From NCBI RefSeq assembly GCF_052425735.1, contig NC_135770.1, positions 15,376,001 through 15,440,000 on the forward strand: a stretch of DNA of 64,000 nucleotides, read 5' to 3'. A program made the translations under genes and the position numbers. Source of the DNA: Oculina patagonica (Eukaryota). The notes under the pieces are model-generated. The model saw nothing but the letters and a program-made list of their open reading frames with translations. It did no database searches and had not been told where the DNA came from. Positions 1-12,964 of the stretch are shown here, piece by piece (within the stretch, counting starts at the first letter, position 1; every line of letters starts with the position of its first letter).

Positions 1-192
1 TTCATTTAGTCTTGCTCCATAATGACTTATGGCCCTATCTACATCACACAAACATTTTTTGCTTGTCCATTTTCTACCCAACAGGGCGCGCAATATGCAC
101 TATTGCTCATCCAGAGAAGGTGTTGTCTACAAAAGCAGTAACAGTTGCGACTTTTGTTAGCATAATATCAGTGGTGTTATGACCTGAACGCC

Positions 193-2885
193 CTAGAAAA
201 TAGCCATAGAAGTGATTAAGGCACTGTTCTTTCCTGGGGTGTTTCCAGAGTTGCCTCTGTCTCTGTCAAATGTTTGTGTGGCTGGAAATTCCATTCTTCT
301 TCGGGCCACGCCTATGAAGGCAAATAAGCTAGTTTAATTTCGCTCCACTGATCACAAACAAGAGAATTTAGAAGAGGTTAAGGGGATAGTTGTTTTATTT
401 TGTTCTGTTCCCCTCAATTTTGATTTCACTCATTTGTTTGGGATCAGTGGAGCGTAGTTCGAAACCAGGCTATTAAAAAAGAAGAGACCTATTACCAAGG
501 TGGTACAGACTGGAAGTTAAGATTAACTACTTGACTATACAGTTCCAAATTAGCGATCGTACGATCCCTCCAGATTCCCGAATGTAACAGACCATATGAA
601 AATGGCAATACGTATCGCTGAAACGGTATAATAAACCTGCTGGTTTTCATAATAATAAATAGATATTTTATAGCTGTCAGCTTCCCTCAAAAGCAACGAC
701 TTATCCGCAATGCGTGCGTGTGACTGCTTCGGATATTGTAATTTAATCGACAGGAATGAACAGCATACCTTTAAGGGGTTAAAAAAATTTGAACGTCTAT
801 TTGAACTTTACACAGTACATGCAAGTGGAAGGTGTTTATAGCAAATTAATTTGGGTGATGTCCATAAAAGGGATTCTGGTACGCTTTAGTCTTTCAGGGA
901 TTCTTTTTACAACTAAGTCGAGCATCTCCTTCACTTTTTTATGGGGTTACTAATAGGCTTGGACGCTAAGTGAGTAAAAACATTGCCGCAAATCCTTCAC
1001 TTTGTCTCTGAGCTCGGCAAACCGTTGGTGCTAGGAATGATGCACAGATATTGTGCAAACACTACGTAGACACGATTGGAATAAATTGCTTTAGTTCCTG
1101 TTTGTCAACTGAGCTTGAAGATACATGCTCACCCCCAAGAATTATTCCGAACGGCAGTGATACCAAGAATAAAACTTCTGATAATTTATCGCTGCTAAAT
1201 AGATATTGATTTGTCATGTAAAAAATCCCTTACCTATCGATGAGTCCATGAACGAATCACTACCTGAAAACATACAACAAAACTGAGGATTTACCCTATA
1301 GCAGAATTATGCAAAATAACAAGAACAGAACATTATACTCGTTAACATGTTTCCAAAGAGATGTCTTTTAACGCTCGCAGATTTGCACACGGGAGTTGAT
1401 TTCAACTGAATGCGGCAGAGCCGACACAGAAAACTAAATACTACTTACTACATGTTTACTAAACAAGGGCATCCAATTAGCTAGCTATATTTTGCCCTTT
1501 TCCATTTCTCTTCTTTACTTGTATTACTTTACATTTATCTTCAGTTTGTTTTTTTGAAATGAAATAAATAAACAAAAAGGAAAAAAATACTACAATCAAT
1601 AACTAACGAAGCAAATAACTCTCAAATTAAACGAAGCAAATGCAATGCAGGATAGCTGAACGTACACAGTACAATTCACTGCTGGCATCGAGCTCTTAAA
1701 ATATCCTTTCCTCCCCATAACATAACAGATAGTCTGTATGACTAAATAATATCTCGGGCACGTGCAAAATACAGAATTCGTATAACATTTATTAGCCACT
1801 ATTATAATTTGATTTGAGCGTACAATTTGTATGTTACCAGGCCTGTATTTCGGAGTCATTCGACCCAGTCCTCTTCAAGTTGCTTTGCCCTATCAGTTTT
1901 TCAATTAGCTCTTTAGTAGTCTTTTCATAGTCGATGTAAAATTAACGCCAGTTATTCTTCTTGGATAAAGTTTGGCGTGATGTGTTTATTTTTTGTGAAA
2001 ACGGTATTACGTCATGTACCAACCGATCGCAAAAAAGAAAAACAACGAAACTTTCACGGCGGTAAACTTTAGTTCAATACACTCTTTTTTTTTTCTATAA
2101 GAATATTTTTTTCTGGCCCAGGCTGAATATTTTTATTTTTCTGCCGATTTTAGGCTGAAAATATTAAATTATATTCTTTTTAAAATCTCAGCCTCGGGTT
2201 TATTCTTAAAATATTCTTAAAATTTCGCAAATTTCAGCCTCGATATTCTCATAAAATATATTCTTATAGAAAAAAGGTTGCACACATTTCGGCATTATTT
2301 TGAAATAATTTCATCAAAGCAGTATTTATCTATAATGTGACGCCAGACTTTTGAGAAAATTTAGCAATTACTAGGTGTCAGTAACTTGCGGACGAGCTTA
2401 CGACAAGAGTCCAAATAACTGTAAATTAACTGTAGCGCTTACGATATCAGTAGTGAAATGTATTCCTACACAATTGGTTTATTTACTTATTATACAAAAA
2501 CTAAGATATTAAATGTTCTTGCGATTTTTCAGTTGAAATTAAACACACAGAACTGATTTTATTGGGCTGATATCATCGTTTGAGTGCCGGCCACTGGCAA
2601 TATCGATTTCACATGAAAGTACATCACGCCAACCTACAATCCAAGACCAATAACTCGTGTATTTTATATCAATCGGACTCAAGAACATACAAGTTTTGAA
2701 GCAAATTGAAAACGTTAGGATTAAATTCGTCCTCATTGCGCCATATGAGACGTATAAGTGAGGAACCGTCCCCCAAACACTTCCTCGAAGCACCCGCTTA
2801 ATTTAACATTTATCATACCTTCTTTCCACTCTTCTTCCCAGTCAGTGATCTCGGGATGAGCATTTTCTTTACTCTTATGTTCCAT
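193..2885 (-). CDS. Putative small spliced gene or decayed gene copy A; exons 2885-2819, 1263-1234, 311-193 (71 aa if real), unknown function
   Basis: Canonical GT/AG sites, all phase 1: GAAG|gtatga, ttttcag|..ATAG|gtaagg, ttcatag|. Joined ORF reads MEHKSKENAHPEITDWEEEWKEGSDSFMDSSIGVARRRMEFP...SMAIF*. Diverged homologous exons lie at 11608-11408 and 4750-3430. No recognisable domain. Confidence 0.35.
330..472. mobile_element. Decayed short inverted-repeat element (MITE-like)
   Basis: Inverted pair cgctccactgatcacaaacaa (from 341) / ttgtttgggatcagtggagcg (to 454). The right end CAGGCTA matches other TAG..CTA elements in the window. Confidence 0.4.
2089..2275. mobile_element. Palindromic AT-rich MITE-like element
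   Basis: Terminal inverted repeats ttttttctataagaatat / atattcttatagaaaaaa with internal inverted ggctgaa/ttcagcc motifs. Confidence 0.5.
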
Positions 2886-3520
2886 TATTCGTGTTGGGTA
2901 TTCTGTTGCCTTTGCCTCACTTAGCAGTTCTTCAGTTAATCCAACCGCCACACTGTTTTTTTCACCCTCTCAAATCGTTTCTCTGCTCGTGATCGGGATA
3001 TCAAAGCAATTCAATGTAAACAAGACCGTGAAATGGACAGAAAGTGGCCAGAAGTATAATGCCGTAACATGAAAATCACGAGTTTACCGGCGGACTGAAC
3101 ACGAGTTTCTTAGAAATCGGTCAATACATGTTTAATTGTGTTTCTTGCGTGGCGTGATTGATCACTAATTGTCTTTATTATCATGTTGAATGCAAACCAA
3201 AGAGGTAAATATTGACGCATCGTGTTACAATTTTTCGAGCAGTTCACTCTTAGCTTCGATTTGTTCCACAGTTAATATCAATTTGGGTAGTCTATTAATA
3301 TAAAGATAAAAATTTTTTATGGACTTCCATCCAGTCCAAAGCTTTCTTTCAGCAGTGATCACGCTGGTTGCATCCCAACTTAATGACAGAAGATGTTTTC
3401 ACTCGATTTTCACGTTTCGGTTTGGTTCAATTTAGTAATGACTTATGACCCTGCATGCATCACACAAACAGTTTTCCAGTGTCTTGCTCCTACCCGCCCG
3501 AGGGCGTGCAATATGAATAT

Positions 3521-4580
3521 TTATACCATGCCATAGAAAATACAGCCAATCAGAATACTGGAAAGCCGTTGTATATTCGACGGATTCAACCCAACCTTCC
3601 CATCGTGCGCTGCGACATTCTCGACGAAATATTTAGCGTATTTTCTAGGAGGTATAAAATAGAACACCTCGTGGTATACTATAAAATACCCAGTCCTTTT
3701 TCTTGGATACACACCGCCAAAGGCCGTGTGAACCGAGAAAATACAAGTGACGTGGGAACCAAAGTATACCACTCGAAAGTGTTGCATAACTAGTATTTAT
3801 ATAATAACCTGAATTCTACGCGCATTTTGATTGGTTCTTACTTATGATCTATCAGAGTACAGACGCATAGATGACGTCACGCGGTGGTGTGACTCGCGCG
3901 CGTGATCAGAGTTCATAGTCCAAATCAGAGTTGTCGGCAAAGTTTTTCAGTCAAACTTGCGGGGCGGCCGGGGCCACAACAAAGCAAAAAAGTTCAGCTT
4001 AATTACAAATCTTCAGTGAGAAACAATACGCCAAGCATCGTTCACCTTTCGAAGCATTTAACTGAGCGAAACAAGGTTGAAGGAGACAGTGAATTATTCG
4101 AGAAATTATCCGAAACCTGTATGAAAGTTTGAAAGTTTGAAGTTTGGACGACGCCACGGGAAACAAACGTATTGCGGTTGAACGCTTCTGTTACTGCTCA
4201 CAGATTTGAACAACTTTCCAAATCGGAATAAAGGTTAGTTTTTTCATTGACTTTCAATTGACCATTTTTCTGTTTTTATTAAATCGGATTAACAGTGCTT
4301 CGTGTTAACGAAAACTCAGTAAAAGTGAAATCAAAACAACTTAGCTCATCGGTACGGCGGCATTGCTCACACTGAAGTGTGCTAAAGTCTTGTGTTATTA
4401 TATAAAACAAATAGATTTCATTTTGCCGTGCGTCTGTTCAGTAATAGATCACAGAAACGTATGTGGACCCACTCGGCTAGCGCCTCGTGGGCCACTTCTC
4501 TGTTCATACCACATTTTGACGTCATCTGTGATCTATTACTGAACAGACGCACGGCAAAATGAAATCTATTTGTTAAATAT
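3521..4580. mobile_element. Composite non-autonomous insertion ending in a perfect 50-bp hairpin
   Basis: Interrupts the similarity between 3430-3520/4610-4755 and the uninterrupted paralogous tract at 20-290. Perfect inverted repeat 4406-4455 / 4525-4574. Confidence 0.6.
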
Positions 4581-6390
4581 TGAATATCACGAAAAACGAT
4601 AATTCAAATCCAGAAACAGTTACGGGATCTGTTAGACTTATACGTTAGTGGTGTTACTAAAGTTTATTTGCAATGTTATATTAGTTCAAGACAGCTCAGG
4701 CACCATTCTTCCCTCGAGTGTTTTCACAGTTGCTTCTACCTCAATCTGTCAAAAGATCTCAATTATTTTCAACCTTCACCTTTTGAGCCTTATAACTTTA
4801 AAAATACTTGGTGAAAGTTTTCGTTTTTTAATATTTTTGTCTAATCAGTATAAGAAATACAGTATAATGTAATAATTTGTCAGCCGCACCATCGGGTTGT
4901 AGGAAGGTCTAAAATACTGTGAGTCACCTTAAACACCCCTCTGTAACAGACTGGTGACACTGATTTTCCACCAGTTTTCCCAAAATCGACCAGGGTACAT
5001 CCACCAGGTTATTGCTACTTTATGCAATAAACTTAGCGGGGTCGTGCACCGCACGGTCGCCTACGGGAGATGACCCGTCGCGCATACTAAGAATTTACTT
5101 TGTATCCTGCTCAAGGAGAAATGGCAAAGGAAGCGGACTCTTTACAAGTCTAGGCCTCGCGTTCGGCAACGGGCGCGATCCCGACAGCCACAGATCGGAG
5201 AGCGTTGATCGCTAGACAGCGAGAGCGAGACGAAAGGAACTCGACCCAGGCGAGAGGAAGGAGAGCGAGGGGGGGAGGAGTGGGGGCGCCGCGGCCGGGG
5301 AGGAATTGACTCTAGTGGAGGGAGAGGCGGCCCGTCAGGGAGCGAAAGAGCGGGCGGGGCGGACGGGGGAAGGGGAGGGAAGGGGAGGGGGGGGGGCGGG
5401 GGGTAGAGGGGTTTCCTTAAATTTGAACTCAGAGTGGCACGTTTTGATTCAATGCGCCTGATAAGGCGACTGCACGGGTGACAACTGTAAAACAAATGAC
5501 GCTTACGGACTTAGAACTTTATTGGTTCATTAAATCTTATGAAAAACTGCAAGGAAGTTATATTTCAATGCAAAATAAAATGACATTTTTAAAATCTTGA
5601 TCAATTCTTTCGTAGCCAGCCTTTGTTTTATTTTTACTAAGAGAGAATGATGATGATGATCTCCTGTCGCTCTATTTAATAATACAAACAGCCACTGCGA
5701 ATCTAATTTCTATTTGAATTTTTTTACATTTAGATATTGGCACAGTTTTAGTGCAGAGTGCACCCTGATGCGCTTTTTTTAAATTATTTTCCTGCATGGT
5801 ATGTAATTAATTAACAAGAGAAGGTACGTTCTTTTACAATCTCGATTAACCCTGCAGGTTTTAACAATGACTCGATCCAGGTCCTAATTTTAAGTTAGTT
5901 TAAACCAACCTATGAACCTAGAAGAAGCAGAAGTAAATAACCACAGCGATAATTAAAATTAGATTTAATTTTACTTTTCGTCTCTTTAGTCCACAAAGTA
6001 TTTTCACAGTCGCTTCTGTCCCTGTCAGAGGACTCTAGGGTTGGAAAAGGCATTCTTGCTCGATCTGTTAGATGATGAAATTCTAAGGAAAAGCAAAGAA
6101 AACAAACGAGCTTTGTTATCTAAGAAGCTAAAAACTATTGTTTGCCCGTAAGTCCTGAACAGTTCCGAAAATAATCGCAAGCACTGATGCAAAAGCGTAA
6201 TAAAACCTGAACCCTCCCTCAACTATAGTGTATTGACTGTCCCCTTAGGGCTACTATTAATAACTGATTAAACCGCAGTCACTTTTCGTCTTGTGAGATG
6301 GAGAAATGTTTCCACACTTGTTTCTGTCACTTGTTTCTGTCCCTTTCTCAAGCTGCCTTTTGATCAACCATGCAGCCTTGGCCTACTTAC

Positions 6391-9300
6391 TTATTCCTCT
6401 TCGTCCCTGGTGGGACATAAGGCGGCAACGATCTGCTTCCATCGGGACCGATCTTTTGCTACAAGTTGTGGCTCGCCCCAAGTCAAGCCCATCTCATTTA
6501 GCTCGGCCATCACAGTACGTCTCCAGGTTGTCTTGGGCCGCCCTCGCCTCCTTTTTCCAGGTGGTGTCCATCTAAGAGCGGTCTTCGGAATACGATCTTG
6601 GTCCATTCTGAGGACATGTCCAAGCCAACGGAACCGGCGGCGTTTGATCTCAAGCACCACACTTTGGCTCTTTGTTTTCTTGTAGAGTTCTTCATTCGAG
6701 ATCTTGTTAGGCCAGAAAATGCGGCATATCCTCCTGAGGCAGCCGTTGTGAAAGGTGTTAATCTAGTTCATATCGCTCTTCACCACTACACGCCAGCACT
6801 CGGCGCCATACAACAAAACTGGCTTGACAATGCTGTTATATAGCCTAAGCTTGGTTCTAAGGCTGTACTGCTTTGATCTCCAGACGGGCTGGAGTCGTGT
6901 AAAGGCACCGCGGGCTTTCCCAAGCCTTTCCTTGATGTCCTTCCGTGCTGCACTATCCTTTGCGACAAGACTACCCAGGTAGGTGAATTCCTCAACAAAG
7001 TCAAGTGGTTCACCATCTGCCGTAATCGGTACATCAGGGGTGGCATTGATGTACATTACTTTAGACTTTGAGGTGTTAATCTGCAAGCCTGCCTGTTTGG
7101 CAAACCTGTTGAGCCTGTCGGTTTTCTCCTGTAGATGATGACGATTGGTGGAGAGAGCAGCAAGGTCATCCGCAAACTCAAGATCTTCCAGTTGGGAAAA
7201 GAGTGTCCATTGAATGCCACGGGGTCTGTCGGCCGTTGTTGTGCGCATGATCCAGTCGATGGTGAGCAGGAAGAGGATGGGTGAGATGATACATCCCTGA
7301 CGCACCCCTGACTTCACAGGAAACCATTCTGATAGGTTGCCATCAACAATGACACTGCACTCGAACTGCTGGTAGAATGAGCTCATAAGTGTGACCATCT
7401 TTGGAGGGACTCCGTATGATCGCAAGATCTTCCATAGGGGGTCACGGTGCACACTGTCAAACGCTTTCTGGAAGTCAATGAAGTTGATGTAAAGAGGGGT
7501 GGTCCACTCGATGCACTGCTCGATGATGTTTTTTAGAGCAAAGATCTGATCTATGCATCCGCGGCCTCTTCTGAATCCTGCCTGCTCCTGTCTCAATTTA
7601 GTGTCAATGGCTGTGTCTATTCTGGCAAGAAGAATCCTGCAGAAAACCTTGGATGGAATTGACAGCAGTGTGATGCCCCGCCAGTTGTCGCAATTTTGGA
7701 GGCCACCTTTCTTAGGAATCTTGACAATTAGGCCTTTGGTCCAGTCATCTGGTATTGTGTCTGTCTCCCATAGGTCTCTGAAGAGGTCCGTGAGGACCTT
7801 GGTTAACGTACAAAGGCAGGCGCGAAGGAGGGGGGATTCGAGGGGTTCGAACGAACCCCCTTTGGAGGTCAATAATGGAGGACTGAAAACACAAACTGTT
7901 GATTTTCAGCTTTTAGCAAATAGTTGGGGAATGGGAAACGTCGCAGTGTCGCAGCGTTTACATTACCCTGCAAGAAAACGCTAAAAGTATCGGGAAAGTA
8001 TTAAATTGTAAGGAGAATGGGCTCTCCTCACTGGCTCTCATGCATATCAAGTATCAGTATGCCTGTCGATCTGGACGAAATTATCAATCTATTTCAAGGC
8101 CTTCACCCGAGGATGATGCAATTGTCAAGTTTGCTTTACGAATAGTCCTGTATTGAATTAGTTAGTAAGTGGCCTCAATATATCCTAGTGACCTAGTATT
8201 ATATGTAGTAAAAATAATCTCATCGTTGAAAAATATTTCCTTGACAGGCGTTCGGGATTTGATAAATGGAGTATCAATAGACGAAAGGCGGGGAATAAAA
8301 TTTCGGGGGACCCAGGTGATACGTGTATTTAGTGCATATCGACGCTTTGACGCTGCTTTTAGTACATTGACGGTGGAACCGAGGGGTGGGGGGCTTAAGC
8401 TTTTACCCTGAGATGCCTTTGCAGCACACGTCAAGCTTTTGTAAAACGTTTAGTGTACTAAGCCGGTATGTAAATGTATCAAGTTAACAAAACGCCGGAA
8501 ATATTGTTGTTATGACTAAAAATACCTGTTATTTTACACTCCATCGAGTTTGAAATATTGACGTGCACAATGCTGAAAATAGCATTTCCAGGCCTCTAGA
8601 TTTCAAAATATTCTGGGGCACATGCCCCCAGACGCCCCTAGAGGCTCGCGCCTTCGGCGCTCGCATTTAATAACCCCCTAATAAATATTCCTGTCAATAC
8701 GAACACTCTTCCAAAAACCTCAGCTACGCGCCTGAAAGGTCAGCTTTTAGCATTTCAGCATGGATGGAATCAATGCCTGCGGCTTTCCCGCTCTTCGTGT
8801 TTTGGATGGCACGCCTCACCTCAGCTTCAGTAGGGGGACTGATGTTGATGTTGATAACATCTTCTGCCGGTGGAGGGTCAGCAGGATCATCTGGTTCTGG
8901 GCGATTAAGTACCTCACCGAAGTGTTGTACCCATCTTGCAGCCTGCTCACGTTCTGTTGTGAGGTTGTTATTGTCATTGTTTTTGACAGGGGCAGACTGG
9001 TTGATGTTTTTACCACAGAGTCGCTTTGTGATCTTGTAAACAGCGCTCATCTCTCCCCTTGCAGCAGCACGTTCAGCTTCACCTGCTAACTCTTCAGCAA
9101 AGGCTCTTTTGTCATTCCTAGCGCTCTTCTCCACTTCCTTGTCCTTCATCTTATAGGCTTTTTGGACCTGCTGCTGGACCCTGAGTGACTTTGTGCTCAG
9201 TGCCTTGGCTTTCAGTTTTTTCCGTTCTTCTATCTTTTTCCACGTACCAGGTGTTATCCATTCCTTGTTCTTTTTCTGTCGGTAGCCTAAGACACTGGTG

Positions 9301-10304
9301 GCTGTCTCAACGTACGTCTTCTTAATGGTTTCCCACTTGGTGTTAATGCTAGAAACCTCATGGTCTTTAGCCAGGGCGGCAAAGCGGTCCTGCAGTCTTA
9401 ACGCAAACTCTTTGCTGGTGGGTGGGGACTTCAGTATGGCAACATCAAAGTGTTTCCTGTGCTGGTTTGACTTAGCTGCTTTTCTTAGTTTTAGCTTGAT
9501 GGTGGCTGTAACTAGGTAGTGATCGCTGTTAACATCGGCACCACGACAAACTCGAACATCATGAAGGGACCTGCGCCACTTTCCATTGATCAAAATGTGG
9601 TCGATCTGGTTGACAGTGGAACCATCAGGAGACTTCCATGTGAGCTTGTGGATGTTTCTGTGTGGGAAGATGGTACCGCCGACTACACAATCATTTTCTA
9701 AGCAGAAGTCAATTAGACGTTCGCCATTGTCGTTCATCACACCGCATCCATGTTTCCCCATAGCTCTGTCGCAGTCGGAATTGTCAGCTCCGACTTTGGC
9801 ATTCATATCACCCATGATCAGAAGCATGTCATGCAGAGGGACTTTGGAGACTGCTTGTTGTAATTGCTCATACCAGTTGTCCTTGTCTTCTTCGTCAGCG
9901 TCATTTGTTGGATAATAACACTGCAGGATGGTAAGATTGCAGTGTTTAGAGCTGAAGCATGCTCTGATCAACCTGTCACTCGGTGGCTCCCATTCCAGCA
10001 AGGTGTTGGCTTTTGCTTTTGAGACTATGATGGCCACGCCGCGAATGTGTTGACTGTCGTGTCCAGAGTACATGATGACTGCTCCATCGCTGTTCACTCG
10101 GCGTCCAGAGCCTGTCCACCGGCATTCACTAATCCCCAGAATGTCCAATCTGTACCTCCTCATCTCACTGATAACCTGCGGTGTTCTTGAGGTCTCGAAC
10201 ATGGTGCGGACATTCCATGTAGCCAGGCGGATGTTGGTTTTAGGCCCGAGCAGACTATCCATCGTACTCCTGACTTCCCGAGGGCTTTCATCAGGAGTAG
10301 TCAT
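6391..10304 (-). pseudogene. RTE ORF (AP-endonuclease + reverse transcriptase), disrupted
   Basis: APE motifs LATWNVRTM, GISECRW, GDMNAKVG, QIDHIL, SDHY; RT motifs QAGFR, FIDFQKAFDSV, GVRQGCIISP, FADD, YLGS; RTE C-terminus RWLGHVLRM..RGRPKTTW. Removing 7812-8734 restores one frame of 997 codons with a single internal TAG at 6763-6765. Confidence 0.93.
7817..8734 (+). mobile_element. Non-autonomous hAT-family element with 5-bp TSD (hAT5-like), inserted in the RTE ORF
   Basis: TIR CAGGCGCG..CGCGCCTG; TSD AAAGG at 7812-7816 and 8735-8739. Internal relic 8022-8145 reads LSSLALMHIKY / MPVDLDEIINLFQGLHPRMMQL, resembling a hAT transposase C-terminus. Confidence 0.85.
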
Positions 10305-10980
10305 GTAGCCAGTTGGTTGGCTCAAGTCCGCTATAGGGTCCACAGTTGTTGTAGCATTTGTTGTCGTTTCCGTAACAAAGTGTTTTTTTACGGGGTGGAG
10401 TTGTTGGCACCACGCCCAACCCCCAAGCTGGAGGGCCAGGTGCTGATTTTTGTCTGGTCTCTACCCCGTAACCTTCCCGACTTGGTTGGACCTGCTCGGT
10501 ATAGCTCACATGGGTCACTGGGACACGCAAGCCTTGGCCTAGGCGAAAAGGAATTTAAATGAGTTCAATTACCTGACAGGACCCGAAACTAGACTGAGAG
10601 CGTAATCATCCACGCTAATTACACTTCCCGAAACAACCGCAAATATTGATGTCTTTTTCAGCGGAACATGGGCTCTAGTCTGTACCGATACCAGTTTACG
10701 TTACGTATGCGAAATGCGATTATGGTTGTTCGTTTTCGAATTTATCAACTCTGAAGAGTATACGTATCGGATTATCGTTCGTTTACTTATACGTGGGAAC
10801 GAAAGGCCGGGCCTGAACGTATAAAAATAATACGCATTTATAGACGTAAACATATACGTGTTAGCTCATTTTTTCGGCTTGGACGCTGGTTTAGAACTGA
10901 CCAAAAATTTTGCCCGCAAACATTAACCCTTAGTCATGTAGCCGCTGTCATTGTGGTAAACTGTTAGTTTAGAGTCCCGG

Positions 10981-11039
10981 GGGGTTTTTTTTTGGGGGCC
11001 CCCCCCGGGGGGTTTTTTTTTTTTTTGGTTTTTTTTTTT

Positions 11040-11098
<59 letters not shown>

Positions 11099-11125
11099 TT
11101 TTTGGGGGGCGGGGGGGCGCCCCTT
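10981..11125. repeat. Poly-T / G-C homopolymer tract, likely low-quality assembly
   Basis: Long T run flanked by G and C runs. It generates the spurious poly-Lys ORF 10923-11153. Confidence 0.8.
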
Positions 11126-11407
11126 TTATTAGAGTGGTAGATGAACATTGCAAAATAAATCGTGATAATTAATCTTAAATGGTTTTCTTCACTATACGAT
11201 TGAACAAGAAGATTAAACTACTAAGACTGCTAACCAAAAGCTGGCTACTTATAGAATAGGTTCCGCAATCGAAGCTCACTTCTTTCAAAAAAAGTCAAGG
11301 AAAAAAAAAACATTAATTTCGGGCAACGTTGTTGTTATTAATCAAGAGAATAAAACTTTTATCGATGGCGACTGGATATTGATTTATGACGAAATAAATT
11401 ACCTTAC

Positions 11408-11608
11408 CAATCTTTCCCTTTATGTCCACTGTAGTACTGCCTAAAAACAGATGACAAAACTTAGAATGTGTTCATCAGCAGAATGCATGGAATAAAGAAA
11501 AGCTTACTCTACCTCTTAATACTGTCACCAGCGTGTCACCACCTTCTTTTCCATCTAATTCCGGTCAGTTTCCTTTAAATTGGCATTCTCTTTACGCTTA
11601 TTTTCCAT
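11408..11608 (-). pseudogene. Diverged, frameshifted paralog (copy B) of the first two exons of the 193-2885 unit
   Basis: MENKRKENANLKETDR/ELDGKEG aligns with MEHKSKENAHPEITDWEEEWKEG after a 1-nt frameshift. Shared upstream aaacagtgtggcg. 33-nt phase-1 micro-exon 11440-11408 with tttttag| and |gtaagg. Confidence 0.45.
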
Positions 11609-12257
11609 GATTTGTTTTGGGAAGCAATTTCTGACGCCTTCGTTTCACTCAAATTCCCTTTAGTCAACTGTCCTTAACACATCGCCACACTGTTTCCTCT
11701 CCTGTCTGATCGTTGCAGGACTGAGGACCGTACAAGACTCTGACAAGGTAGCTTGTTTCCCGGCTCCCCAAGACTAATTCACCCGGCGATCATGGTTTAA
11801 TTGGTAGAGTAACATGATCACAAGTATTAAAAAAGTCACAGAAAATGAAACAGTTTATAATGACGTAAAGTTTCCCATTTTCTAAGGAACGTTACTGTTA
11901 TGTCTAGGGATTTCTCGCTTTTTAAGTCCCCTATCTTCCCCCTCTCTCTCCACGCAGGGGCGGATCCAGAATTTTTTTTATTGAGGGGATCCAAACTTCA
12001 GAAAACACTCCTCAGAAAACACTGTTGAAACGTTTTTGCAGCAAATTACTTCTCACCCCCCCCCCCCCCCCACCCTCACCAGTCGCGGTTGCACGTTATT
12101 ATTCCTTGGCCCCTTACCGTGTACATGAATTCTGCTTGCCAATATACTTATGGGCAAAGTCGTAACAAAAACGCTTAGCCGTGAAAGCGCATTCAAACCT
12201 CTCGCTTGAAAACGATATTATATCTCGAGGGCATTTTCTCCCTTCGGGACACTAACA

Positions 12258-12573
12258 GATAGGTTCATTGATTTAGCAAATAAACATCAGGCCACTATCA
12301 AGTTCACGGCTGAAATTTCTGATACAGAAACTACTTTCCTGGACACCAGCGTTCACAAAGGCGAAAGAGTCATAAACGAACCAGTGCTTCAAATACGCAC
12401 CTTACAAGCCCATTGAAACAGTTCAGTACACTTATTCTTCCTTATGTCACTCACTTGGAGTCAAGAAAGGTTTCATCAAAGGGGAGGCCTTAAGACCGCT
12501 AAGAACAAATTCCTCTAAAACAGCATTTGAGGAAAAATCAAGCACCTCCAATCACATTTTATCAAGAGAGGTT
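12258..12573 (+). mobile_element. Penelope-like retroelement fragment (RT C-terminal region), degenerate
   Basis: Translates with frameshifts to DRFIDLANKHQATIKFTAEISDTETTFLDT..YKPIETVQY..SLCHSLGVKKGFIKGEALRPLRTNSS, typical of the Penelope-type RT thumb/linker region. Confidence 0.8.
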
Positions 12574-12964
12574 TCCACAAAAGTTCGGTCTAAACTCGTG
12601 AGATCAAAACTATGAAAATGACTAATACCCGTTCGTGGGAGTAGTGCAAGCTTGTCAACTTGTTTTTATCACTGTCGATGAAAAAACCACACCACATTGT
12701 TATTGAAAAAAGTTTTCTTTTAATTTTGCCAGGGCCTTATTACATGGTTTGGCTGACCAGTTAGCAGATATGGCTTCGGGTTATTCATGTTTAAACCCAC
12801 AGCGAACGTCCTCGACAGTATGTTACCATAAAAAACTATCTTGATAAATATATTATGTTTCAATAAATTAATCTATAGCGTTTCTCCAATGAAACAACTT
12901 GTAACCAGACAGTCAGGTGAGGTCTCTTTACTTGTTCCCATCATGGACGCTCGATAGCTATATC

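Larger units (their letters stand above)
6386..10529 (-). mobile_element. RTE-clade non-LTR retrotransposon, near full length
   Basis: 12-bp target-site duplication AGCCTTGGCCTA (6374-6385 and 10530-10541). (TAAG)n 3' tail directly at the ORF stop. Single APE+RT ORF. RTE-type 5' UTR motif GGGTTGGGCGTGGTGCCAACAACTCCACCCCGTAAAAA. Confidence 0.95.

Noticed and set aside
5142-5495. Proline-rich ORF and G-quadruplex-like tract
   Set aside because: Low-complexity G/A run with no splice support; may be noisy assembly like the other G runs.
6763-6765. In-frame TAG in the RTE ORF as programmed readthrough
   Set aside because: The TAG-ATT context is not a readthrough motif; a single nonsense mutation in a dead copy is simpler.
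10923-11153. Poly-lysine ORF / possible retrocopy poly-A tail
   Set aside because: Homopolymer tract flanked by G/C runs with no TSD or attached element; probably low-quality sequence.
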